From Acidimicrobiales bacterium (GTDB taxonomy: Bacteria > Actinomycetota > Acidimicrobiia > Acidimicrobiales > SHLQ01): DNA of 64,000 bases. A program made the position numbers and the translations under genes. The stretch spans positions 1,297,762 through 1,361,761 of the forward strand of contig OZ244202.1 of NCBI GenBank assembly GCA_965216815.1, given 5' to 3'. The notes under the pieces are model-generated. The model searched no databases. It saw only the letters and a program-made list of their open reading frames with translations, and was not told where the DNA came from. Positions 39,199-48,008 of this stretch are shown piece by piece; within the stretch, counting starts at the first letter, position 1, and each line of letters begins with the position of its first letter.

Positions 39199-39975
39199 AT
39201 GATCGACAGCGAACGACTCGACTCGATGTTCGATCTGAGTGGCCGGGTCGCCATCGTCACCGGCGGAAGCCGCGGCATCGGCAAGTCGATCTCGCAGGCT
39301 TTCGCCGCCAAGGGTGCTTCCGTCGTCGTCTCGAGCCGCAAGGCCGATCGATGCGAGGAGACCGCCGGTGAGATAACCGTCACCGGCGGAAGCGCGCTGT
39401 CGGTGCCGGCGCACATGGGAGACCTAGACGCGGTGCGGAACCTCGTGGAGACCACCGCTACCGAGTTCGGTGGGATCGACATCGTGGTCAACAACGCCGC
39501 CAATCCCCTCATGCAGGGCATCGGCGAGATCACCGAGGAGGCCTGGTCGAAGGCGCTGGCGACGAACCTTCAGGGGCCGGTGTTCCTCGTACAGGAAGCA
39601 CTCGGCTACCTCCGCGCCTGCGGTCGAGGCTCGGTCATCAACGTGTCGAGCGCTGGCGCCCACATGTTCAGCTCCGGGCACTTGCTCTATCCGGTGGCCA
39701 AAGCAGGGCTCGAGGCAGCTACGCGTTCCATGGCGGGGTCGCTTGCGGTCGACAACGTGCGGGTCAACGCAATCGTGCCGGGCACGATCGACACCGACAT
39801 GGTCAGGGCGATGCCGCAGTCGTTCCAGGACGGTGCGGCGAAGTCGTCGCTTCTCGGCCGCGCAGCCCATCCCGACGAGCTCGCCGGACTGGCGCTCCTC
39901 CTTGCGAGCGACGCGGGGAGTTTCATGACCGGCCATTGCTACTTCTGCGACGGCGGGATCACCACGGGCGCGTGA
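39199..39975 (+). CDS. short-chain dehydrogenase/reductase (SDR)
   Basis: TGGSRGIGK cofactor motif, NNAA, and catalytic S...YxxxK (YPVAK). Confidence 0.85.
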   Translation: MIDSERLDSMFDLSGRVAIVTGGSRGIGKSISQAFAAKGASVVVSSRKADRCEETAGEITVTGGSALSVPAHMGDLDAVRNLVETTATEFGGIDIVVNNAANPLMQGIGEITEEAWSKALATNLQGPVFLVQEALGYLRACGRGSVINVSSAGAHMFSSGHLLYPVAKAGLEAATRSMAGSLAVDNVRVNAIVPGTIDTDMVRAMPQSFQDGAAKSSLLGRAAHPDELAGLALLLASDAGSFMTGHCYFCDGGITTGA

Positions 39976-39991
39976 CGCCGGCGCCGTCTGG

Positions 39992-40543
39992 TCAGGGCCG
40001 GCGGCCTGTGTAGGCGACGAGGCGATCGACCGGCGATGCGTCGTCGCCGACGGGCACCGCTGCGTCGAAACCGTCGCCGGTGCGACCCTCGGCCGGGACC
40101 ACCGCCTGCCAGGTCTCGAGGGCCCAAGAAGCGAGATCGTCTCCTATTTCGGGAACCTGGCCGCTCGCCTGCGCGATGTCCCATGCGTGAACGAGGTGGT
40201 CGGCGACGATCACCGACAGCGCAACCTCGCCCGGCACTTCGCCGAACGGCATCTGGTGTGTGTCCGCCAATGCCTCGGGTGTGGCCGCCTCGCGCAGGTG
40301 CTCGATCGTCTCGTCCCAACCCTTCGCAGGTCCGTCGGCGAGGAAGTCGGGGGCACTCTCGGGTGGCGCCTGCCCCTGCAGTCCTCCGGCGATCATGTGA
40401 CCTCCCTGGCACATGTGCTCGATCACGTCGTGCACCGTCCACTCGCGACACGGGGTCTGTGCTTCGCGGTGTTGGGAGCTGAGACCGCCGATCGTGGTCT
40501 TCACGATGCGATCGGTCTGGTCCATTGCTGTTGTTGCATCCAT
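39992..40543 (-). CDS. DinB/MDMPI-like (mycothiol maleylpyruvate isomerase N-terminal domain) family protein
   Basis: PC.EWTV.DV..H and DH.VH.WD.A pattern, C-terminal VDRLVAYTGR. Start taken at MDATTAM. Confidence 0.65.
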   Translation of the reverse strand: MDATTAMDQTDRIVKTTIGGLSSQHREAQTPCREWTVHDVIEHMCQGGHMIAGGLQGQAPPESAPDFLADGPAKGWDETIEHLREAATPEALADTHQMPFGEVPGEVALSVIVADHLVHAWDIAQASGQVPEIGDDLASWALETWQAVVPAEGRTGDGFDAAVPVGDDASPVDRLVAYTGRRP

Positions 40544-40569
40544 TTTGGTTCTCCGGTTCGGTTGTTCGG

Positions 40570-41187
40570 TCACGATCGATCGGGTGGCATCCAGTCGCTT
40601 CGCCCCTGGCGCGTAAGGTCGAAGAAGTGCCAAACGGGGGACAGCAGATCGACGCCCCGCCAGTGCTCGTCTCGGAGTTGAGCGCCGCCGGAGTAGGTCA
40701 GCCTGGGCACGTCGCCATCGAGTTCGTAGGCGCTGATGAACGGCCACTGATTGCCGTCGTCAGCCTCACCACCGATGTCGGTTTTGAATGTCGTGTTCGC
40801 TGCGCTCAGCCAGACCAGATTGCTCCACCCCCGCTCGGCCGCCAGGCGCGCGTTGTCGGCGGGGCTGGCGGCGGTCACGACCGCGAAGTCGACCCGCGTT
40901 GCCAGGTGTTCGGCCACGGCATTCCAGCCATCGGTCCACATCGAGCACATGGGGCAGGCCGTGACCTGCGCCTTGCCGTACATGAAGTGGTAGAGCACGA
41001 GCGGCCGATCGGGAGCGGTGAACAGCTCGGTAAGTGAAACCGTTCCCGCGCTGTCCTCAAAGGTGTAGTTCTCGACGACCGGGCCCGGCGGAAGGTTCCG
41101 GCGCATCTCTGCGACGCGTTCGCGCTGCAACATGAGCTCAACTTCGGCATCGAGCAGCTCTTGACGGGCAGCCTCGAAGGTGGTCAT
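40570..41187 (-). CDS. DUF899 thioredoxin-like family protein
   Basis: RR.LP...V...Y.F......V.L.ELF......L..YHFM......CP.CS.W.D pattern. Confidence 0.7.
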   Translation of the reverse strand: MTTFEAARQELLDAEVELMLQRERVAEMRRNLPPGPVVENYTFEDSAGTVSLTELFTAPDRPLVLYHFMYGKAQVTACPMCSMWTDGWNAVAEHLATRVDFAVVTAASPADNARLAAERGWSNLVWLSAANTTFKTDIGGEADDGNQWPFISAYELDGDVPRLTYSGGAQLRDEHWRGVDLLSPVWHFFDLTRQGRSDWMPPDRS

Positions 41188-41630
41188 CCGTGGTCCTCCA
41201 TGTTCTGTGGCGGCAGGTCTTCGCCGCTCGCGATGGCGAGGAGACGCGGAAAGAAGTAGGCCCAGCCTTTGCCGTGCTCGTCGTCCGCACCTCTGGGGAG
41301 GCCGGCGTGGATGAGCTCGACGATTGTGTGGTCGCCGTCGGCCGTGAGATTGAATGTGACGGTTGTCGATCCCGTTGGCACCTCGGTGTGGTCTTCCCAT
41401 CCCCAGGTGAACACGACCCGGTTCGGCCGATCGACGGTCAGGTAGGTGCCCGACGCCGCGTCACTTCCGGTGACGTTGAGCCAGAACTTGCCCCCAGGCG
41501 TAGGTTCGATTTCCGCCTCGACCCCCATCCACCGCGTCAGCTTCATAGGATCGGTCAGGAAGTCGAACACCTCGTCGGGAGTTGCGCGGATCCGCTCGGT
41601 CAAGACCAATGCGCCTGGGTCTGCGTTCAC
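41184..41630 (-). CDS. SRPBCC / Aha1-domain (activator of Hsp90 ATPase homologue-like) protein
   Basis: A.PE.VF..LTDP..L.RW and V.F.W.W pattern. GTGA overlap with arsR-like stop, ATGA overlap with DUF899 start. Confidence 0.7.
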   Translation of the reverse strand: MNADPGALVLTERIRATPDEVFDFLTDPMKLTRWMGVEAEIEPTPGGKFWLNVTGSDAASGTYLTVDRPNRVVFTWGWEDHTEVPTGSTTVTFNLTADGDHTIVELIHAGLPRGADDEHGKGWAYFFPRLLAIASGEDLPPQNMEDHG

Positions 41631-41995
41631 GGTTGGCCCCTTTCGTCGAGGTTCTGTTTGCGCTCGTTCCAGCGATCTCGTTCCACCTCGACCTTGAGGT
41701 TTCGAAGCGAGCTTCGCCAGAACGAGTCGAGCCAATCCCGCAGATCGGCCAGTCCTTCAGGCCTCGCGCGGTAGTAGTTGCGGTTGCCCTCCGGTCGAAT
41801 ACTGACCAGATCGGCATCGGCGAGAACCCGGAGGTGCTGGCTGATCGCCGGTCGCGTCACCGGAAAGTGAGAAGCGATGTCACCGACGGTGCGTTCTTCG
41901 TCGCGTACGAGTCGCAGAATCTCACGTCGGGTCGGTTCGGCCAGTGCATGGGCCGCGGCATCCATGGCCGAGACTCTATCCAAGTTGGTAAGCAA
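41627..41995 (-). CDS. ArsR/SmtB-family transcriptional regulator
   Basis: ALAEPTRREILRLV...E.TVGDIA..F.V.RPAISQHLRVL..A.LV. The start may be the internal Met (MDAAAH). Confidence 0.85.
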   Translation of the reverse strand: MLTNLDRVSAMDAAAHALAEPTRREILRLVRDEERTVGDIASHFPVTRPAISQHLRVLADADLVSIRPEGNRNYYRARPEGLADLRDWLDSFWRSSLRNLKVEVERDRWNERKQNLDERGQP

Positions 41996-42017
41996 AGACT
42001 AACGAAGATTCCCCAGC

Positions 42018-42503
42018 TCAGAGGATGCGTTGCATGAGCACGACGTCGAGCCATCGGTTGAACTTGCGGCCGACCTCTCGTTCGGTACCGATGACGGTGA
42101 ACCCGAGCCGCTCGTGGAGATGTATCGAGGCGTCGTGGCCGCCGACGATCCTTGCCATCAGCGCATGAAACCCGTGTCGCTCTGCTGTGTCGACGAGCTC
42201 GGCGAGCAGCGCCCGACCCACCCCAGACCCGCGCGCCTCACGGTCGACATACACGCTGTCTTCGACCGTGGTGTTGTACGCCGGACGGTCCCGATAGGGA
42301 GATAGTGAACCGAACCCGGCGACGGCGTCGTCCGCCTCGGCGACGAGAACGGCGTGAGCCCCCGAGCGGTCGTGCAGCCATTGCCGTTGATCTTCGAGTG
42401 TTCGTTCGACCAGGTCGAAGGTGACCGTCGACGTCGTGACCTCGTGGTTGTAGATGCGACGGATCGCCTCGAGGTCGCCGTCGTGCGCGTTGCGTATGAG
42501 CAT
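42018..42503 (-). CDS. GNAT N-acetyltransferase, phosphinothricin-acetyltransferase-like
   Basis: IR.A...D...I..IYNH.V..ST.TF and R..GVG..LL..L pattern. Start at MLIRNAH. Confidence 0.78.
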   Translation of the reverse strand: MLIRNAHDGDLEAIRRIYNHEVTTSTVTFDLVERTLEDQRQWLHDRSGAHAVLVAEADDAVAGFGSLSPYRDRPAYNTTVEDSVYVDREARGSGVGRALLAELVDTAERHGFHALMARIVGGHDASIHLHERLGFTVIGTEREVGRKFNRWLDVVLMQRIL

Positions 42504-42550
42504 CGCCGAGAAAGCTAGCGGGGTAGGAGTACGCCCGTTTCTTCGGGCGC

Positions 42551-43945
42551 CTAGTTGACGAGGACGTCCGGGGAATGGAGAACGCGCAGGGCTCTCACCC
42601 GATCTTCGAACTGGGCTTCGTCGAACATGGCCGGCGCCGGCTCGATGGAGCCGGAGGTCGCCGTTACGTTGACGAGCGACAGTGTGCCCGTCAGTGCTTC
42701 GAGCTCGGCCCATGCGACGACATCGGCGTCGTTGGTTATCAGCACCGTCTGGCGCTGTTCGGTTGAGCGGGTCAACGACTCGAGCAGCGTCGGTTTCAAC
42801 TCCGGCGGTATTTCATCGAAGGGCTCGCAGAGAATCGCGGGCAGCGTCGTGCGCCCGATCGAGCTCGACTGCATCCACCTCAAGACCGCGGTCGACAGTG
42901 GAAGCGATGCGATCTCCGAGCGCGTGCTCGTTGCCGCCGAGCCGTCGCCGGTCTCGGCGACGTCGTAGAGCCGTGCTACCGCCTCGATGTCGCGGCGTCG
43001 CCGCCGCACCCAGGTCGGCGTGATGTCGCCGAAGACCGCCGACCAACGCTCGGCGACGATGCGGTGGTGCTCGGTCGCATCCATGTAAGCGCGTCGTTGG
43101 TCGTCGCCGGCGAGCAGGCCGTTGCCACGGTTGATCTGATAGTCGGCGTAAGTGTCTGCCTCGGCCTTCAGCAGCACTCGCTGCTCGAGCTCCATCGCGT
43201 GCGCGTGTCGCCGCTGTGCGTCGAATGCACCCAACACGGCGACGAGCGCAACCCCGAGCAACGGGAGCGCGGCGAGCGCGAATCCGATGTGCGTCGCGAC
43301 ATACGAGGCGAGGAGCGTCGTCGGCGCGACAGTCGACGCCGCCCAACGCCAGCGGAACATGTTGTCCTCGCAGCGGAGTCGATCGTTTCTGCGCGACTCG
43401 ACGATCTCGGCCATCTCGTCGTCGAGCCCAGCCGGTCCGGCCGCATCGGCTTGGACCCGAACCGCCGCCTCGGCTTCGTCGAGCTCGTCGAGCAGACCCC
43501 ACAGCTCGTCCTGGTCGAGACGGGCGAGCGCGTCGACGAGGAGATCCTCCTCTGAACGGGAAGCGAGTTCTGCTGCGTCGAGGACGCAGTAACGCTCCGC
43601 CTCGCGTCGGGAGAGATATCCGACCGAGCGGAGCACGTCGATGCGGCCCGATTCGTCGACATAGTCGGCGGTGACGTCGTCGCCGGTATCGCTCGAAACC
43701 ACGATCTGGGTGCCGTCGTCTCCGCGGAAGGCCACGCGACGACGTCCGTCGGCGTCGGTGAACTCGGCGTGGGTGCCGCTCTCCGCGACCCCTAGCGAGG
43801 TCAGCACGCTTCTGGCGAGTGTGCGGTGCGCCTCACGATCGAGCCCGGCCACGATCGTGAGGCGCGGGTGGAAGTCGAGTACCGCAGCAGCTTCGCTGTC
43901 CCCCAGGACGACCCTATCGATCCGCACACCGCCGTATCGGCACAT
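42551..43945 (-). CDS. hypothetical membrane protein with degenerate SMC/RecF/ABC-type ATPase ends
   Basis: N-terminus resembles the RecF/SMC head (IDRVVLG....VLDFHPRLTIVAG) but lacks Walker A. Central TM hairpin. C-terminus has LPAILCEPFDEI....QTVLITND (Walker B / D-loop-like, Asp replaced by Cys). Alternative start at 44011. Confidence 0.55.
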   Translation of the reverse strand: MCRYGGVRIDRVVLGDSEAAAVLDFHPRLTIVAGLDREAHRTLARSVLTSLGVAESGTHAEFTDADGRRRVAFRGDDGTQIVVSSDTGDDVTADYVDESGRIDVLRSVGYLSRREAERYCVLDAAELASRSEEDLLVDALARLDQDELWGLLDELDEAEAAVRVQADAAGPAGLDDEMAEIVESRRNDRLRCEDNMFRWRWAASTVAPTTLLASYVATHIGFALAALPLLGVALVAVLGAFDAQRRHAHAMELEQRVLLKAEADTYADYQINRGNGLLAGDDQRRAYMDATEHHRIVAERWSAVFGDITPTWVRRRRRDIEAVARLYDVAETGDGSAATSTRSEIASLPLSTAVLRWMQSSSIGRTTLPAILCEPFDEIPPELKPTLLESLTRSTEQRQTVLITNDADVVAWAELEALTGTLSLVNVTATSGSIEPAPAMFDEAQFEDRVRALRVLHSPDVLVN

Positions 43946-44076
43946 AGGCCGTCCGACTTGAGAGATTTTGCCCCGTCCGGTGGGCCTTAAGGCGCAGCCG
44001 ACCCGGCGCATATACGTTGGAGCGAGGTGCGCGCCGTGGCATCCTTGGGTGCCGGTGGCGGTGCGTTTCCGTCCAT

Positions 44077-44149
44077 GCTCCCTTAGCTCAGTCGGTAGAG
44101 CGTTTCCATGGTAAGGAAAAGGTCGACAGTTCGATTCTGTCAGGGAGCT
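44077..44149 (+). tRNA. tRNA-Thr (GGT)
   Basis: Hand-folded cloverleaf: GCTCCCT/AGGGAGC acceptor, anticodon loop ATGGTAA, T-loop TTCGATT. Confidence 0.9.
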
Positions 44150-44160
44150 CGCCGGTCAGG

Positions 44161-44234
44161 GGCGACGTAGCTCAGTTGGTAAGAGCGCTCGACTCATAAT
44201 CGAGAGGTCGACAGTTCAAGTCTGTCCGTCGCTA
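44161..44234 (+). tRNA. tRNA-Met (CAT), elongator type (or tRNA-Ile2 if lysidine-modified)
   Basis: Anticodon loop CTCATAA. The anticodon stem CTCGA/TCGAG lacks the three G-C pairs of initiator tRNA. Confidence 0.85.
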
Positions 44235-44268
44235 CACAACAACGATCCGCCGCAACCTTGGAGAGAAC

Positions 44269-44430
44269 GTGGCTTCCGACAAGCGAGTTCAAGTGACGCT
44301 GGAGTGCCAGGAGTGCAAGCGCCGCAACTACATAACGACCAAATCGAAGGTCAACAACCGCGAGCGCATCGAGCTCAAGAAGTACTGCCGCTGGGACCAG
44401 CGCCACACCACTCACAAAGAAACCCGCTGA
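44269..44430 (+). CDS. rpmG: 50S ribosomal protein L33
   Basis: Not in the ORF track (54 codons). GTG start. [53 protein letters not shown], with the CxxC...C L33 pattern. Confidence 0.85.
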   Translation: MASDKRVQVTLECQECKRRNYITTKSKVNNRERIELKKYCRWDQRHTTHKETR

Positions 44431-44462
44431 GTAGGACAGGGGGTCTGTCCCCGGTGTCGTCC
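44430..44462. repeat. 33-nt near-palindromic element (copy 2, inverted, 3' half diverged), after rpmG
   Basis: agtaggacagggggtctgtccccg is identical to the reverse complement of copy 1 over 24 nt. It starts on the last base of the rpmG TGA. Confidence 0.6.
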
Positions 44463-45083
44463 CCGGTGTCCCCCGAGCTTCGACTCGTCGCAGACAGCGA
44501 CCTCGACGAGCTGGTCGAGCGAGCGCAGGCCGACGATCGCTTCGCGTTCGAGGAGATCGTGCGACGCACTCATGGCGATACATATTCGTTGGCTCTGCGG
44601 CTAACGAGCAACGCGCACGACGCACGCGACGTCACCCAGGATGCCTACTTGCGCGTGTTCCGCAGCATCAAGAAGTTCCGTGCAGAGTCAGCATTCTCGA
44701 CCTGGATATATCGCATCACGGCCAACTGTGCGTCCGACCACCTGAGGCGCCGGCGCCGGCATCGCCACGAGAACCTCGATGACGCCGAGGACGGCGAGGA
44801 CGCCGACCCCGAGGTCGACCCCGTATCTAGGGTCGATCGAAGCGGGCTACGGGGCGACATCGAAGCGGCCGTGCGACGGCTTCCCGCGAAGCTGCGATCG
44901 GTCGTCGTGCTGCGTGACATCTACGACCTTCCACATGCCGACATCGCCGACGAGCTCGGAATCCCCGTCGCGACGGCCAAGGTCAGGCTCCACCGGGCTC
45001 GCCGCCAGCTTCAATCGGCCTTGTTCGATGCAGGTCATGCGCCGCGAGGCCGAGACACGTCGATCGGACGCGAGGCCTCATGA
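44454..45083 (+). CDS. ECF-type RNA polymerase sigma-70 family factor
   Basis: Region 2 (DVTQDAYLRVF....F...S.FSTWIYRI..N) and region 4 (LP...R.VVVLRDIYDL....IADELG.P..T.K.RLHRAR). The start could also be GTG 44466. Confidence 0.85.
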   Translation: MSSPVSPELRLVADSDLDELVERAQADDRFAFEEIVRRTHGDTYSLALRLTSNAHDARDVTQDAYLRVFRSIKKFRAESAFSTWIYRITANCASDHLRRRRRHRHENLDDAEDGEDADPEVDPVSRVDRSGLRGDIEAAVRRLPAKLRSVVVLRDIYDLPHADIADELGIPVATAKVRLHRARRQLQSALFDAGHAPRGRDTSIGREAS

Positions 45084-45418
45084 GCGCCCGTTGCGCGGTC
45101 GTGGCGCCACTTCTGGCCGGATCGATCGACGATCCGCATGCGCTCCACGGAGCTGCCGCTCGACACGTCGCCAAGTGCTTGAGGTGCCAGGCAGACCTGG
45201 CGCAGCTCCGAAAAGTCCAGGCGCTTCTTGCGACGCTCGCCGACGAGCCGGTCGAGACGATCCCACCCTGGACCGATGTAATCGACGCGCTCGACGCCAG
45301 GCTCGCCCGCACGAGTCGGCGCGCTGCAGCGGCGCGGGCATGTGCGGCCGCGGCGGCCGCGGGTGCGGTTGCGGGAGCGGTCGTCTATGCGCGAGCGCAC
45401 CGCCCCGTTTTCGGTTGA
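45080..45418 (+). CDS. anti-sigma factor, zinc-finger (ZAS HxxxCxxC) with C-terminal anchor
   Basis: ATGA overlap with the sigma gene. HVAKCLRC motif. Ala-rich hydrophobic C-terminal segment. Confidence 0.65.
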   Translation: MSARCAVVAPLLAGSIDDPHALHGAAARHVAKCLRCQADLAQLRKVQALLATLADEPVETIPPWTDVIDALDARLARTSRRAAAARACAAAAAAGAVAGAVVYARAHRPVFG

Positions 45419-45511
45419 ACCCACGACTCGGAATCGATGTCGAAGCGGCGGGGCCTGCTGCTATCGTTGCGGTGCACCTCGCGTGGCCAATCGTCGCGCG
45501 TAGCCAACCGG

Positions 45512-45584
45512 AGGGCAGTGGCTCAACTGGTAGAGCACCGGTCTCCAAAACCGGCGGTTGGGGGTTCGAGTCCCTCCTGCCCTG
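45512..45584 (+). tRNA. tRNA-Trp (CCA)
   Basis: AGGGCAG/CTGCCCT acceptor, anticodon loop CTCCAAA, T-loop TTCGAGT. Confidence 0.9.
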
Positions 45585-45614
45585 CAAATCCTCGACAATG
45601 AATCGGATCGACCG

Positions 45615-45914
45615 ATGGCAATGAACCGTGAACAGAAGCGCCTGCTGAGGCGGCAGGGCGAGATCGGCGAGGACGGCTCGCCGACGCCCGGTCGACGCCA
45701 GCAGCCGAGTTCGCGCCCGCCCGAGGAACGAACGAGCCCAGCGCAGTTCGCGCGAGAGGTTCGCTCGGAGCTGCGCAAGGTCGCGTGGCCGACGCGATCC
45801 GAGACGATCAACTTCTCGATCATCGTGTTGGTGACCGTCGTTGTGCTCACCGCGTTCATCGCGGGCCTCGACTGGGTATTCTCCAAGTTCGTTTTGACCC
45901 TCTTCGACGTATGA
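45615..45914 (+). CDS. secE: preprotein translocase subunit SecE
   Basis: F..EV..ELRKV.WPTR.E plus a single C-terminal TM. Located between tRNA-Trp and nusG. Confidence 0.85.
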   Translation: MAMNREQKRLLRRQGEIGEDGSPTPGRRQQPSSRPPEERTSPAQFAREVRSELRKVAWPTRSETINFSIIVLVTVVVLTAFIAGLDWVFSKFVLTLFDV

Positions 45915-46726
45915 GCTCCGACGACATGACCCCCACCTCCGACGACGCCGACGCACCTGGTGCGCTCGACACCGCTGTCGCTGGCGAACCGGACGCGGTC
46001 GATGCTGCACCGGGTGAATCAGACGCCGTCGCTGACGAACCGGACGCCGTCGACGCTGCACCTGGCGGAGCAGACACCGTCGATCCCGATACCGGCGGAG
46101 CCGTCGAAGCCGACGCCGAGCCCCTCGACGAAGACGAGTTGCTCGAGGCCGAGGCACCCAAGCCGCGCCCGCCAAGCCCCTATGACCGCCCGGGCAAGTG
46201 GTTTGTGGTGCACACCCAATCGGGTTACGAGAAGAAGGTGCAACAGAACCTCGAGTCGCGCATTGCGTCGATGGCCATGGACGACCGCATCTTCGAAGTG
46301 GTCATTCCCATGGAGGATGTGGCCGAGTTCCGCAACGGCAAGAAGGTGATAGTCCCGAAGAAGATGTTCCCGGGCTATCTGCTGGTTCGCTGTGCGCTCG
46401 ACGACGAGGCGTGGCACGTCATCAAGAACACGCCGAACATCGTCAACTTCGTCGGGGCCGCGGGCAAGCCGTCGCCGCTGAGCCGTCGCGAAGTCGAGCG
46501 ATTTCTCGGCACACCCGTCGACGACGAAGAGCAGCCGAAACGCACAAAGGCCAGGCTGGAGTACGAGCTCGGCGAGACCGTGCGGGTCAAGGAGGGTCCG
46601 TTCGCCGACTTCTCCGGCGAGGTCATCGAGATCAATGAGGATCAGCTCAAGGTCAAGGTGCTCGTCAACATCTTCGGCCGAGAGACTCCCGTCGAGCTCG
46701 AATTCGCCCAGGTGGCGAAGCTGTAG
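45911..46726 (+). CDS. nusG: transcription termination/antitermination factor NusG
   Basis: ATGA overlap with secE. KWFVVHT.SGYEKKV...L and KOW motif GE.VRV.EGPFADF.GEV.EI. About 90 aa acidic N-terminal extension. Confidence 0.92.
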   Translation: MSSDDMTPTSDDADAPGALDTAVAGEPDAVDAAPGESDAVADEPDAVDAAPGGADTVDPDTGGAVEADAEPLDEDELLEAEAPKPRPPSPYDRPGKWFVVHTQSGYEKKVQQNLESRIASMAMDDRIFEVVIPMEDVAEFRNGKKVIVPKKMFPGYLLVRCALDDEAWHVIKNTPNIVNFVGAAGKPSPLSRREVERFLGTPVDDEEQPKRTKARLEYELGETVRVKEGPFADFSGEVIEINEDQLKVKVLVNIFGRETPVELEFAQVAKL

Positions 46727-46780
46727 CCGCTACGGCACCAATACTCACCAACGCACACGAAGAAGAAGAGCAGATACATC

Positions 46781-47206
46781 ATGGCCAAAAAGAAGGTCGC
46801 AGCGGTCGTCAAGATCCAGATCCCGGCCGGCCAGGCATCGCCGGCGCCGCCGGTGGGAACCGCGCTCGGTCCCCACGGTGTGGCGATCATGGACTTCTGC
46901 AAGGACTACAACGCCCAGACCGAATCTCAGCGCGGCAACATCGTTCCCGTCGAGATCACGATCTACGAGGATCGTTCGTTCACGTTCATCACGAAGACGC
47001 CGCCGACCTCGTTCCTCGTGCTCCAAGCAGCCGGGCTCGACAAGGCGTCGGAGAACCCCGGTCGTGACGAGGCCGGCACGATCACCGACGCACAGGTGGC
47101 CGAGATCGCCGAGACGAAGCTTCCCGATCTCAACACCGACAGCATCGATCAGGCCAAGCTGCAGGTCGCCGGCACCGCGCGCAGCATGGGTATCCGCGTC
47201 GTCTGA
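46781..47206 (+). CDS. rplK: 50S ribosomal protein L11
   Basis: MAKKKV...[31 protein letters not shown]. Confidence 0.95.
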   Translation: MAKKKVAAVVKIQIPAGQASPAPPVGTALGPHGVAIMDFCKDYNAQTESQRGNIVPVEITIYEDRSFTFITKTPPTSFLVLQAAGLDKASENPGRDEAGTITDAQVAEIAETKLPDLNTDSIDQAKLQVAGTARSMGIRVV

Positions 47207-47306
47207 GAACAACACCGATCGAGCGGGAGGACCTCGCCCGCCGTCGGAGGTCACCGTCCGGTGACCGCAGAGCATCGAGGGACCGAACACTCGGGAGTTG
47301 ATCCAC

Positions 47307-48008
47307 ATGGCACATGGCAAGAGATACTCGGACGCGGCACGGCGCTATGACCGGGAGCGGTTTCATCCGCTCGACGAGGCGGTCGATCTCGTCAAGTCGC
47401 TCGCAAGCGCAGGCTTCGACGAGACGGTCGAACTGGTTGTCAGGTTGGGGGTCGACCCTCGTAAGGCCGATCAGGTAGTCCGCGGCACCGTGGCTCTACC
47501 TGCGGGCACCGGTAGGGCGGTTCGGATAGCGGTGTTCGCGCAAGGCGAGGCGGCGACCGCCGCCACCGAAGCGGGCGCGGACATAGTCGGCGCCGAGGAT
47601 CTCGCCGAGCAGGTCGAGGGCGGCATGATGGATTTCGATCTGGCGATCGCAACACCGGACATGATGCCGACGGTCGGCAAGCTGGGTCGTGCGCTGGGAC
47701 CACGCGGTCTGATGCCCAACCCCAAGAGCGGGACGGTCACCGACGATGTGGCCACGGCGGTCGGCGAGTTCAAGGGCGGCAAGGTCGAGTATCGCACTGA
47801 CAAGGACGGCAACGTTCACGTGCCGATCGGCAAGGCAAGCTTCAGTGCGGCCGACCTGGTCGCCAACGCCACGGCGATTCTCGGTGAGCTCGAGCGGGTG
47901 AAACCCACCAGCGCCAAGGGCAGGTACATGAAGAAGGTCGTGCTGTCGTCGACGATGGGTCCGGGTGTCGGGGTCGACGCGTCGAGCGTGGGCGAGGACG
48001 ACGACTAG
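47307..48008 (+). CDS. rplA: 50S ribosomal protein L1
   Basis: MAHGKRY start with GGGAG 9 nt upstream. FDETVE...LG.DP.K.DQ.VRG.V.LP.G.G. Confidence 0.93.
   Translation: MAHGKRYSDAARRYDRERFHPLDEAVDLVKSLASAGFDETVELVVRLGVDPRKADQVVRGTVALPAGTGRAVRIAVFAQGEAATAATEAGADIVGAEDLAEQVEGGMMDFDLAIATPDMMPTVGKLGRALGPRGLMPNPKSGTVTDDVATAVGEFKGGKVEYRTDKDGNVHVPIGKASFSAADLVANATAILGELERVKPTSAKGRYMKKVVLSSTMGPGVGVDASSVGEDDD

Noticed and set aside
44161-44234. Initiator tRNA-fMet
   Set aside because: The anticodon stem lacks the three consecutive G-C pairs, and position 1:72 is a G-U pair rather than the C:A mismatch. It is called elongator Met (or Ile2).
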